IMG/VR virus record: IMGVR_UViG_3300044305_001204
Coordinates: 1-39,162 of that record
Length of the DNA stretch: 39,162 nt
From: a virus
Taxonomy: Duplodnaviria > Caudoviricetes
Direction: 5' to 3' (one strand)
Position numbers and translations under genes: made by a program. The notes under the pieces are model-generated. The model was given only the letters and a program-made list of their open reading frames with translations, made no database searches and had not been told where the DNA came from. Positions 1-8,770 of this stretch are shown here, in pieces. The stretch's first letter is position 1, and the number at the start of each line of letters is the position of its first letter.

Positions 1-35
1 AAGGAGATTAATAATCCTATCACTGCTTCGATCAT
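1..35 (-). CDS. Partial CDS (N-terminus MIEAVIGLLIS...), runs off the window
   Basis: ATG at 33-35 overlaps the TAA of the 141 aa gene (TAATG); hydrophobic start. Confidence 0.55.
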   Translation of the reverse strand, partial: MIEAVIGLLIS

Positions 36-460
36 TAGTGTGTACTCCCATTTCCGTTTTTATAATGCATATCTCTAGCACTATCTTTTAATTCTTCAAT
101 ATCTTCTAAAACTTTATCCATTTGTGTTCTTAAAAATTGTATATTTACTTTATTCAAAGCCATGTCTTCAACGTGTTTGTTAATTTTATCTACGGTTTTA
201 TATAAATCCTCGATCATCATAAATTGCTCGCTATCTGCGGGAAGCGAACCAAGTTGGCCCCGCGGCCATTTGATTCTAAATTCTGTATTCTCAGTTAAAT
301 CTTTTTCCATCAACTCTAGCGTTGTAGAAATTTTATTTTGGGTTTCAATAATTCCAAAGTATGCCCAGGTGCCGATCGCAACCATCGCGATCAAGCTGGC
401 TACCGTTTTCATTGGCATTTGCACTGCTGCTTCTTCAGATATTTTTAAAGGTTTAGTCAT
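35..460 (-). CDS. Hypothetical membrane-anchored coiled-coil protein
   Basis: 141 aa; TM segment VASLIAMVAIGTWAYFGII then heptad-like helical region; overlaps upstream stop. Confidence 0.75.
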   Translation of the reverse strand: MTKPLKISEEAAVQMPMKTVASLIAMVAIGTWAYFGIIETQNKISTTLELMEKDLTENTEFRIKWPRGQLGSLPADSEQFMMIEDLYKTVDKINKHVEDMALNKVNIQFLRTQMDKVLEDIEELKDSARDMHYKNGNGSTH

Positions 461-1025
461 CTTTTGGTTTTGGCTGTGGTAATATATACCCTTTTGGAGG
501 CATTTTCAATTTACTTTTTCCTGGGTTTATAAACTTATCTCCCATTAACTCAATATCTGGGTTTTCTTTTTTATACTCATCTTTTAGGTCGTCCCAAAGA
601 CTTTTAGAATTAGTGGGTCTAGTATTATCTCTTGCAGGGGTTATACCTCTACATTTAGATACAAGTAAAGCAAAGTTTTCATTAAGTGCTAGACTTGGAT
701 TACTATTAACTCTACCGCACATTTTCATTAATTCTAATTGTTGTTTGATTGCTACGTTTTCTTTTGATGTTTTACAATCTGTGCCTAAATATTTTCTGTA
801 TGTAAAACTTAATCTATAATTATCAGATTCATAATCTGAATCGCCATAGGTATAATCTGTTTCTCTGTCTTCTGCTTCGATTCTTGTTTCAAATTCTCCA
901 CACCTTACACCATACTCGTTAAGATATTCGTTTCTAGGATACGCAGGGCCAGCACAAAGAGCAAGAAAAGTCATTGCTAAGATTAGTATTCCTGTAAAAT
1001 AATAGTTCATCCTGGCAATCTCCAT
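453..1025 (-). CDS. Hypothetical exported/membrane protein (start may be ATG at 1010)
   Basis: Signal-peptide-like MNYYFTGILILAMTFLALCAGPAYP; GGAG upstream of the second ATG; several Cys. Confidence 0.75.
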   Translation of the reverse strand: MEIARMNYYFTGILILAMTFLALCAGPAYPRNEYLNEYGVRCGEFETRIEAEDRETDYTYGDSDYESDNYRLSFTYRKYLGTDCKTSKENVAIKQQLELMKMCGRVNSNPSLALNENFALLVSKCRGITPARDNTRPTNSKSLWDDLKDEYKKENPDIELMGDKFINPGKSKLKMPPKGYILPQPKPKDD

Positions 1026-1031
1026 AGTTCA

Positions 1032-1331
1032 TTACCTATTTAAATCTTTAATATCATAGTCATGCTCTCTGACTTGATCTGCTAATTGTCTATATAAATT
1101 TTCTGCCATCTGCCACGTAGATTCAGCAGAAGTTAATCTTGTGTTTTGATCTGTAATTTTATCTTCGGCAACTTTTAAATCTCTTTTGAGATCTACAATT
1201 TCTTGTTGGTTTGAATTAATAGTATCTGTAAGATTAACAATATAACGAACGCCAGTAAATGTTCCGACTAGCACTGAAGCTACTACCGGTACCATAACTA
1301 TATTTTTTTTTAATAAATCAGCTAAGTTCAT
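1032..1331 (-). CDS. Hypothetical single-TM coiled-coil protein
   Basis: 99 aa; TM IVMVPVVASVLVGTFTGV then coiled coil; TAATG coupling to the upstream gene. Confidence 0.75.
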   Translation of the reverse strand: MNLADLLKKNIVMVPVVASVLVGTFTGVRYIVNLTDTINSNQQEIVDLKRDLKVAEDKITDQNTRLTSAESTWQMAENLYRQLADQVREHDYDIKDLNR

Positions 1332-1498
1332 TAATCGTATTTAACCTCATTTTCAAAAGTTATATCCGTGCCGTGATCTTTTTCTTTTTTGTAAGTTCTT
1401 TTACACTTACAATTATCACACGTGCAAACTCCGTAATCATCTGCATGAAGTTCTTCGTCGCAGTGACAATTACAATGACAGCTTTTACACTTGGCCAT
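1331..1498 (-). CDS. Small Cys/His-rich (metallothionein-like) protein, 55 aa
   Basis: MAKCKSCHCNCHCDEELHADDYGVCTCDNCKCK...; ATG at 1496-1498 in TAATG overlap with the upstream sORF, preferred over the TTG at 1522. Confidence 0.75.
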   Translation of the reverse strand: MAKCKSCHCNCHCDEELHADDYGVCTCDNCKCKRTYKKEKDHGTDITFENEVKYD

Positions 1499-1575
1499 TA
1501 CTTCTGCCAAGAAAAAAGCCAAGCAATTATTTTGTCTCTTATGCTTTTAATTTTATCTATAATTTTTTTAATCAT
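1498..1575 (-). CDS. Unannotated 25 aa amphipathic peptide MIKKIIDKIKSIRDKIIAWLFSWQK
   Basis: Fills the gap exactly: ATGATTAA overlap upstream and TAATG overlap downstream. Confidence 0.65.
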   Translation of the reverse strand: MIKKIIDKIKSIRDKIIAWLFSWQK

Positions 1576-2218
1576 TTTTCTTTTCCTCAATTTCGTAGAA
1601 AAATTTATCAGTGTCTTCTGTTCGCCACTGTCGAGTGTCTTCTACATTCCACTCACTTGTTTGTACTTTCCAATCAGGAATTTCATCTTTAACTGTAAAA
1701 GATGGTATGTCCCATATTAGTCTATTGTTTGGTTGAGCTGCATAGTTGCCATTTTCTAACGCAAGTATGTGTGCACACTTATGTTCGTGTGGAATTTCAG
1801 AATGATCTGTATCTAGTATATTACTATCTGGGTGGGCAAAATCAACAGTAAATAAATAAGCACCATGATACCATTTTTTATCTTTACCAATGTACTTACC
1901 AGACTGTCCGTCTAAAATATCATAACTAGTAACAGCAGGGTAATAAGAAAAACAATTCCAAAGTTGAAGTTCATCAAGTCTTTGATTGGGAACAGTTTTG
2001 GGTTCATAACCACGTTGAATAAAAGCCGATATTGGTAAACGATAAAAGACAGCGCCGTTTTCCATGATGGCATGGAATAAGATCGGACGACCTGTAATAG
2101 ATGCCATCCCGAAGATGACACAATCTTCAACTTCTCCGTGATGTTTTTTGAGGTCATATAGATATTCTCTTCTTATTTGTGCGTAAGTGACAGGTATGTT
2201 TGCATTTAAATAAGCCAT
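1568..2218 (-). CDS. Phage hypothetical protein, 216 aa
   Basis: Long ORF with GAGGA RBS directly after polA; His/Cys cluster HSEIPHEHKCAH. Confidence 0.85.
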   Translation of the reverse strand: MAYLNANIPVTYAQIRREYLYDLKKHHGEVEDCVIFGMASITGRPILFHAIMENGAVFYRLPISAFIQRGYEPKTVPNQRLDELQLWNCFSYYPAVTSYDILDGQSGKYIGKDKKWYHGAYLFTVDFAHPDSNILDTDHSEIPHEHKCAHILALENGNYAAQPNNRLIWDIPSFTVKDEIPDWKVQTSEWNVEDTRQWRTEDTDKFFYEIEEKKND

Positions 2219-2224
2219 AAGTCC

Positions 2225-4078
2225 TCATTTTATATTACCCCAATTGGTTCCGTGTTCATAATCTACTTTGTTTGGAACTTCAAGGGAAACAGCGTCTTCC
2301 ATGATATCTTTTATTCGTTCTGCATCTTCTATGCTCTCAACTGAAATGTCAAGCTCATCATGTACTTGTATGTGAGGTGTAATTCCTTCTTTATGTAAAT
2401 TTATCATTGCCTTCTTTGTCATGTCTGCGGCTGATCCTTGTATCAATCTATTTAAAGCTTTGTATGTGTATGCACGTTTGATCCCTGGTCCGTGTTCCAA
2501 GAGCGCTGCATCATGTGGCAATGCCTTATGGATTCCAAACTGATTTGGTTCCCATAAATGAAATCTACACAAACGTCCAAGCAACGTCCTAATTTGACCA
2601 CGATTTTGAGCACGCTGCATAACATTATCCATAAGTTGTTTTACAAATGGTACGCGTGAATGATATTGTTTAAATAAAGAATCAGACTTTTCTTTATTAA
2701 CACCAAGCTCTGCTTGTAATTTATTTTTACCCATACCATAGAACAGACCAAGGTTTATTGTCTTGGCCTGTGATCTAGGTATCTCCGCCATGTCAGCTAC
2801 GATTTGATGGAAGTCTACATTCGAATCATTGTAAGCATCCAATACGTCGCCCACTCCATAGAGATTTTGTAATGCTGCATAGTGTACAACAAGTCTTGGT
2901 TCTTGTTGTGAGTAATCAAATACTCCCCACTTACAATCCTGTTCAGGAATAAATAAAGATCTAATTGCGGGTCCAAGCTCTTTGTTTCTAGCTGGAATCT
3001 GTTGAAGATTAGGATTAGAATAACTAAATCTTCCGGTTACAGTGCCTCCATTATCTGATCTTAATTGGTTTATTTCAGCATGAATTCTTCCTTTAAAATT
3101 ATGTTTTAATATGGTATCAATAAATGTGGTATGGGCCTTGTTTATCTCTCGGGCTCGGGCGATTAGTTTCACCAGTGGGTGGGGGTGATTTTGAAGAAAG
3201 TTTTTTGTAAATGATGGAGAATTTGTTTTTTCGGTTGTCTCATATGGTAGGTCAAGTTTTTGAAAAACTTGCGCAATGGATCGAGCTGCCCATATTTGCG
3301 TATCTACTCCAGTTTCTTTTTTTACTGATTGTAATAATTCTTTTTCTTGTGCAACTAATTGTTGCTTCAATTGGTGAGCTCCTTCTTCATCTACACGCAC
3401 ACCTAAAAAACGCATATCGACTAGGCAAGGAAAAAGTTCTGTCTCTAAATCAAAAATAGATTGTATATCTTGGTGCTCTATTTCTTGTTTCATTTTTTGC
3501 CATAACTGCAAAGTTAATACGGCGTCTTGTTCAGCATATTCCCCAACATACATAGCAGGCAATTTATACATTTCAGACTTAGGATCTATGCCCCAAAGTT
3601 CTGCTGTTTCCTTCAATACAGCCTCATTTTTGCCTTTTCCGACATAATCCCTACCCATAGAGCCTAAATCGTATCGAAAGCGATTCTCGTCTACGAGAGA
3701 GCCAGCAATCATGGTATCTACGATGGTTCCGTTGATTTTAAGGCCAGAAGCTCTAATAAAACATACGTCATACATAGCATTATGAAATATCTTAGTTGCA
3801 GGGGTATTTAAGACGTCTTGAAACCACTTTAGAACCATTCTAATGTCCATATTACCACCACCTTCATGAGCTATTGGATAGTATCCAGACCAGCCTTCGA
3901 CAGCAACAGCCACGCCTACTATCTTTCCTCTTCCTGTAACTGATCCCGATCCCATAAGTTTTAATTCTGGATCTTTTGTTTCTAAGTCAATTGCTATTTC
4001 AGTATGTTTAGATAAATCTGGAAATTCTTCTGGTGGTAGCCATTCAGTTTGTGGACTGAACATAGGTTTCTGTATCAT
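2225..4078 (-). CDS. polA: DNA polymerase family A with 3'-5' exonuclease and no 5'-3' nuclease; Leu762 variant
   Basis: ExoI AIDLETKD, ExoII HNAMYD, ExoIII YAEQDA; TVTGRFS..PNLQQIP; motif A DYSQQEPR; motif B RSQAKTINLGLFYG; motif C QVHDEL. Confidence 0.97.
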   Translation of the reverse strand: MIQKPMFSPQTEWLPPEEFPDLSKHTEIAIDLETKDPELKLMGSGSVTGRGKIVGVAVAVEGWSGYYPIAHEGGGNMDIRMVLKWFQDVLNTPATKIFHNAMYDVCFIRASGLKINGTIVDTMIAGSLVDENRFRYDLGSMGRDYVGKGKNEAVLKETAELWGIDPKSEMYKLPAMYVGEYAEQDAVLTLQLWQKMKQEIEHQDIQSIFDLETELFPCLVDMRFLGVRVDEEGAHQLKQQLVAQEKELLQSVKKETGVDTQIWAARSIAQVFQKLDLPYETTEKTNSPSFTKNFLQNHPHPLVKLIARAREINKAHTTFIDTILKHNFKGRIHAEINQLRSDNGGTVTGRFSYSNPNLQQIPARNKELGPAIRSLFIPEQDCKWGVFDYSQQEPRLVVHYAALQNLYGVGDVLDAYNDSNVDFHQIVADMAEIPRSQAKTINLGLFYGMGKNKLQAELGVNKEKSDSLFKQYHSRVPFVKQLMDNVMQRAQNRGQIRTLLGRLCRFHLWEPNQFGIHKALPHDAALLEHGPGIKRAYTYKALNRLIQGSAADMTKKAMINLHKEGITPHIQVHDELDISVESIEDAERIKDIMEDAVSLEVPNKVDYEHGTNWGNIK

Positions 4079-4341
4079 TTAGTTATTCCCCATGAGTTTG
4101 GTTTCTTTTTTATTTCTTCTTTCACGGGTTCAGGATAGTCTCTATCAATAGCCATGTCAATGTAATGTTTAGCTTTTAATAAATCTTCTTTTTGATTTTT
4201 TTGTTTGTGACGACACAAATATTTTATTGCGTTGCCTTCAGCAAATGGAATATTATTTCTGTTAATAAATTCTGATGGTTGAATAACCATAGATTTATAA
4301 TGATCTCCACCTACTTGTTTTTTATATATTGGTTCCTTCAT
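4075..4341 (-). CDS. DUF3310 protein (T7 gp1.7-like nucleotide kinase family)
   Basis: QVGGDHYK...EGNAIKYLCR...EDLLKAKHYID signature; ATGA overlaps on both sides. Confidence 0.85.
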   Translation of the reverse strand: MKEPIYKKQVGGDHYKSMVIQPSEFINRNNIPFAEGNAIKYLCRHKQKNQKEDLLKAKHYIDMAIDRDYPEPVKEEIKKKPNSWGITK

Positions 4342-5825
4342 ATTTTGTATCCTTTGTATTCTTGTTTTGGTGATATAATATGTAAATGTTCCTTGGTCCT
4401 TGTTGCGCCAACATAGAACAATCTATTTTCATCATCAGCATTTTTTTCATAAGCCTTCATTGTGTTCTCACTTAAATCAGTGAGCAACACAACGTTTTGT
4501 GATTCACCACCTTTAGCTCCATGTATAGTTGACAATGTAATTCTTGGTCCTTCATTTAATTTTTCTCCATTATTTCTCATTTTTCTTAAATAATTTACGT
4601 CTCTTCCAGGTGCATCATCAAATGCTTCAAACCAAACAGCATCTGTTTTTAATCCGTAACTTTGTTTTAATGCAGCAAAGTCATAAGAGCTTTCTTTAAT
4701 CATTCCTTTTAATTTATTTTTATCTACGTTTTCTTTCATATAACCATAGATTCTTTCTATTTGTTTATATGCAAGTGGTTGACCTTTACGTAAGCTTTCC
4801 CAATCAACTGCTGCGTAGTGTAATTCTTGTTCTTTTGTTTTTTTAAATTTATTTCTGTAATACAAACCATTACGATACAAAGTATCTTCTAAATCATTTA
4901 ACATATATTTTGTTCTAGCTAAAATTAACCACTCTCCTTCTTTCATATTTATTTGTTCAAAGTCATCATACTTAGATAAAGAACCTTCATGTACTTTTGG
5001 TTTCCAAGATTTGTCTATTCTATTTTTAATTTTGTTTATTATACCCATAGCCACGTTATGAATCTTTGCCGGTATTCTATGTGATTGTGTAAGTGGCATC
5101 ATCAAACCTTTCTGTGCAATAAAAGAATCTACATCAGCGCCAGCCCATCTAAATATTGCTTGGTCATCATCACCTGCAATAAAAGAATCTTCTGTTTTAT
5201 TCCATATAGTTTTAGCCATATCCCATTGCATTAAAGATAAATCTTGAGCTTCGTCTATAAATACTACATCAAACTTTGGAGACTTATCAGATTTTATAAA
5301 TTCTAAAATCATGTCATTAAAATCTATAAGACTATATTCTTTTTTATATCTCTCTATTTCGTTTGCAATAATACGTAGTTTATCTCTTTCTAAATCTTGA
5401 TTATGTTCTGCTAAATCAAATTGTTGTTCTGCTGTAATGTTTCTTAGTTTTGCTAAATTTATTATTCTTAAATACTCACTATCAGATGTAAATATACCAC
5501 CATGATCATCTTCAAATTTTGCATAATTAACAGGAAAACCTAACTTTTCACCTAAATCTACATAATGTCTACGCTGCATTACGTTTTCTTTTTTTAATCC
5601 AAGTTTTCTAAATGCTAATGAGTGTAAAGTTCTAAAATAAGGAAGGTCATCTTCTGTAAGATTAAATTTTTTAATAGCTCTATCTCTTGCTTCGTAAGCA
5701 GCTTTTTGTGTAAATGCAAAGTACCCAACTTTATCTGGATCTGTTTCTTTAAGATAGTCATCTACTTTATTTAATAAAGTTGTAGTCTTTCCTGTACCTG
5801 GTGGTCCTAATACTATTGTTTTCAT
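4338..5825 (-). CDS. UvrD/Rep-like superfamily 1 helicase
   Basis: Walker A GPPGTGKT, FRTLHS, Walker B IDEAQD, AGDDDQAIF, STIHGAKGGE, FYVGATR; start moved to ATG 5825 (ATGA overlap). Confidence 0.93.
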   Translation of the reverse strand: MKTIVLGPPGTGKTTTLLNKVDDYLKETDPDKVGYFAFTQKAAYEARDRAIKKFNLTEDDLPYFRTLHSLAFRKLGLKKENVMQRRHYVDLGEKLGFPVNYAKFEDDHGGIFTSDSEYLRIINLAKLRNITAEQQFDLAEHNQDLERDKLRIIANEIERYKKEYSLIDFNDMILEFIKSDKSPKFDVVFIDEAQDLSLMQWDMAKTIWNKTEDSFIAGDDDQAIFRWAGADVDSFIAQKGLMMPLTQSHRIPAKIHNVAMGIINKIKNRIDKSWKPKVHEGSLSKYDDFEQINMKEGEWLILARTKYMLNDLEDTLYRNGLYYRNKFKKTKEQELHYAAVDWESLRKGQPLAYKQIERIYGYMKENVDKNKLKGMIKESSYDFAALKQSYGLKTDAVWFEAFDDAPGRDVNYLRKMRNNGEKLNEGPRITLSTIHGAKGGESQNVVLLTDLSENTMKAYEKNADDENRLFYVGATRTKEHLHIISPKQEYKGYKI

Positions 5826-5896
5826 ATTCCTAAATGTAGATATATCCACAATGCAGTAAACAATGTGACTGCCAATAAATCCATGGCAGCAATCAA
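5822..5896 (-). CDS. Unannotated 24 aa hydrophobic micro-protein (MIAAMDLLAVTLFTALWIYLHLGI)
   Basis: TTG start overlapping the primase TGA, GGAGG 7 nt upstream, stop overlapping the helicase ATG. Confidence 0.65.
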   Translation of the reverse strand: MIAAMDLLAVTLFTALWIYLHLGI

Positions 5897-7389
5897 TACG
5901 GATCCTCCTGTTTTAAAGTTTTTTGATTATATTCATCTTTTTTCTTATCAAATTCTTTTACCATAAATACAGAAAGTTTTTCTTTACCAATTCTTTTAGA
6001 ATCACATTCACATTTTTCTTTTAACATTTGTGCTGTTCTTGAATAACCTATATCCCATCTTCTTCTCATTAAAAATTGGTGATAAAATCTATCAAAAACA
6101 AAATGATGGTTTCCTTCTGATGTCCATACCCCACCTTTTTTTAAATCGTTTTTATCTGTTGATACTTGTCTGTTTAAACAAAACTCTTCTAAATGATTTT
6201 GTAATTGATCTTCCGTTCTTAAACCTTCTGCTGGTTCCGTAACTTCTGCGTTGTTTAATAATAAATTTGTAATTAACACCCAATCTTTTTCTTTTAATGT
6301 TGGTGGTCTAAATCTTAATTGTTTCATGCATGCTTCTTGAAATAAACTTTGTTGTCGTAAGTATTTAACATTTTCTAAGTATAATCTTTCTCCGTCTACA
6401 TTTAGATAATAGTAAGGATCTTCCAAATCTATTACCTGGAGATCGGTTAGCCCAGGAAACATTATGTCCTGTCCTATTCCAAATTTACGTTTCCGACACA
6501 ATGTTTTATCACACACACTACACATTGGTTGGTCATTACATTTATATCCCCACTCTTTTTTATCATGTTGATTTACAATTATTTGTACTTCTGAATCTGA
6601 CAATGGTTTTTCCATTGCAGTTGCATTAAATAAAATTAATTTTGACTTCCACTCCGCTGGCCATTTTTGTTTTGCATATACGCCATAGTGAAACAATGCA
6701 TTATTCCTACCACCTTCACCTATTTTGTTTATAGATAATATTTCTATACATGGTGGTGCATCATTAAATTCTGTTACAGGTCTTTCTACTTTTATACTAT
6801 CAACATCTTTTACTTTTGTAGTTTCATACAAACCAAAAAAAGCATCTATCGTAGCAGCTTCACCTGTTCTATGAAAGGCATATCTTGTTGTACTTTTACA
6901 ATTAAAGTATGGTAAATTTAAAAAATTTCCTGTATCATCTTGCGATTTTAATTCTGTTTGTTTCGGAAATACTTCTGAACCACCATAACCTAACACCGCT
7001 TTTATTTCTGTAAGTTTATCTTGCATAGATCTTGCTGAAACATAATTTTCTGTAAATAAAAATACATGTGCTCCACCAGATTTAGATCTAAATACTATTA
7101 ATGGTAAATTTAATTTATCTATTTTTTGAATTAATTCTGAATGATTAAATCCTGCATAAGAATCTATATCTATGCAACCCCACTTACACTGATTTTTATC
7201 ATTAATAGGTATTACACCTAAACTTTCTGTTCCATCTAAATGTTTTTGCCAAAGTTCATTTGTGACTGGTTCTCTTTTTACAAAAGACTGACCTTTTACT
7301 TTTGTACCGTTTCCATTTGATTGACCAATTTTAGTGACACCATGTGCACGTTCTAATCCTTCAAATATATTTTTAAATTTTTCTAACAT
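5893..7389 (-). CDS. AEP-superfamily primase/primase-polymerase with PriCT-like domain
   Basis: WGCIDID (DxD), RSKSGGAH, NFLNLPY, GEGGRNNALF and a Cys cluster; start MLEKF at 7389 lies downstream of the hairpin. Confidence 0.88.
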   Translation of the reverse strand: MLEKFKNIFEGLERAHGVTKIGQSNGNGTKVKGQSFVKREPVTNELWQKHLDGTESLGVIPINDKNQCKWGCIDIDSYAGFNHSELIQKIDKLNLPLIVFRSKSGGAHVFLFTENYVSARSMQDKLTEIKAVLGYGGSEVFPKQTELKSQDDTGNFLNLPYFNCKSTTRYAFHRTGEAATIDAFFGLYETTKVKDVDSIKVERPVTEFNDAPPCIEILSINKIGEGGRNNALFHYGVYAKQKWPAEWKSKLILFNATAMEKPLSDSEVQIIVNQHDKKEWGYKCNDQPMCSVCDKTLCRKRKFGIGQDIMFPGLTDLQVIDLEDPYYYLNVDGERLYLENVKYLRQQSLFQEACMKQLRFRPPTLKEKDWVLITNLLLNNAEVTEPAEGLRTEDQLQNHLEEFCLNRQVSTDKNDLKKGGVWTSEGNHHFVFDRFYHQFLMRRRWDIGYSRTAQMLKEKCECDSKRIGKEKLSVFMVKEFDKKKDEYNQKTLKQEDPY

Positions 7390-7398
7390 AATTAATAA

Positions 7399-7432
7399 AG
7401 TGGGCGGATCCACTCTCGCTTAGCCGCCCACT
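7399..7432 (-). terminator. GC-rich hairpin, probable terminator/attenuator between the SSB-like gene and primase
   Basis: 9 bp stem AGTGGGCGG/CCGCCCACT, 16 nt loop, followed by TTTATTAATT on the minus strand. Confidence 0.6.
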
Positions 7433-7445
7433 ACCTAGGATACGG

Positions 7446-8195
7446 TTAGTATGGTTGTTTAGAGTCTTGCTCTTCGTTACCATGCTTCGCCTCAATCTCA
7501 CCTTTACCTACACGTTCTGCAAAATTTTTCGCAATGTCATAGACTCCTTTGTCTGTAACTGGTCCAATTTTTGCTACGTCCCATCCAAACCATGTGCCTT
7601 TGTCGTTTGACATCTGCACAGTTTTTAGACTGTAAATGTGACTATATGTTGGCGGAGTAAAAAGTCCATTTTTACCCTGCATTTTAATACCCATCATCAT
7701 TGAGTTCCATTTTCTGCTGACTTTTAATTGAGTCGCCTTCATTGAAATCAACGCTGTGGTTGGGCTGCTACCTACAAGAATTACAAAATGATCAGCAGTG
7801 TTCTCAAGATAATTACCGTTTGGTAATCTATCTTTAAAAGATTTATCCCTAGTCGTTTGACTAACGATGTCACTGTCTGCATCATGAATAGCTACAGGTG
7901 CACCAGTGCTGGTACCTCTATCTTGCCACTCAATGTATTTTCTCTTATAAAAAACTGGAATCACATTAATATGATCAAACAGTTCATTAGTAACAGTATT
8001 AATTATCTTGCCGGGTTCTGCGCCCTCGACATATTTTCCATGAGTCTTATTGACTTCTGGAGATAATTGTCCCAAAACTTTTAAGAAAGGCAACGCAAGA
8101 TCTTCTTGCGATATGTTTTGAGCACCTTTGTTTGCATCAGCTTCAAAAATATTTGCTGCTAATGCTCCTTCTTTTTTTGTTGCTACTTGGTTCAT
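7446..8195 (-). CDS. Putative single-stranded DNA-binding protein
   Basis: 249 aa in the replication operon; DLALPFLKVLGQLSPEV, NDKGTWFGW; acidic tail ending in Pro-Tyr. Confidence 0.65.
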   Translation of the reverse strand: MNQVATKKEGALAANIFEADANKGAQNISQEDLALPFLKVLGQLSPEVNKTHGKYVEGAEPGKIINTVTNELFDHINVIPVFYKRKYIEWQDRGTSTGAPVAIHDADSDIVSQTTRDKSFKDRLPNGNYLENTADHFVILVGSSPTTALISMKATQLKVSRKWNSMMMGIKMQGKNGLFTPPTYSHIYSLKTVQMSNDKGTWFGWDVAKIGPVTDKGVYDIAKNFAERVGKGEIEAKHGNEEQDSKQPY

Positions 8196-8197
8196 GT

Positions 8198-8770
8198 TTA
8201 TTGTTTCCTTTTTATTGTAGTCTTATTCTCGGTATATACACCGAAAATTTCCGTTGGCATTTCTTTACCCGCCTCAATACGCTCACGGACTAGCGCTTTC
8301 AGAGTCATGGGCTCAACCTTCATTTTTTGTGAAGGCTCTAACCCTTGACCCCTCGCAAGGTCGACATAGCTTGCCGCCTTGTTATCTTCGTTCTTACCAA
8401 ATGATACCGAGATCTCATTTTTAATGATATCACCCAGTCCATTATTACGAAGCCAGTTATACGCCGCTTCTTTATTAGCTTCACTTATGTGTGCTTTATA
8501 CGACGTTGCAACTTTCAAATGTGATCCATCTGAAAGTTTTAATTCTGATAAACCCATTTCAGTCATCATAGTTGGTATGACCTCACCTGATATGTGTTCT
8601 ATTTGTTTTTTCTTTTCTTTTACAGCGTTCTCTTGTACTTCAAGTTGTTGCTGCATTCCTTCTAGTCTTTCAACTTGATCTGCAAGAGACTGAATGTTGT
8701 CAGTTTTTTTCATTGCATCTTGTTGATCTGCCTCAAAATCGGGCATTACTATTCTTTGTTTAATCGACAT
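8198..8770 (-). CDS. Replication-module coiled-coil protein, function unknown
   Basis: Start ATG 8770 with AAAGGAG RBS; N-terminal coiled coil, AYNWLRNNGLGDIIK, VEPMTLKALVRE. Confidence 0.8.
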   Translation of the reverse strand: MSIKQRIVMPDFEADQQDAMKKTDNIQSLADQVERLEGMQQQLEVQENAVKEKKKQIEHISGEVIPTMMTEMGLSELKLSDGSHLKVATSYKAHISEANKEAAYNWLRNNGLGDIIKNEISVSFGKNEDNKAASYVDLARGQGLEPSQKMKVEPMTLKALVRERIEAGKEMPTEIFGVYTENKTTIKRKQ

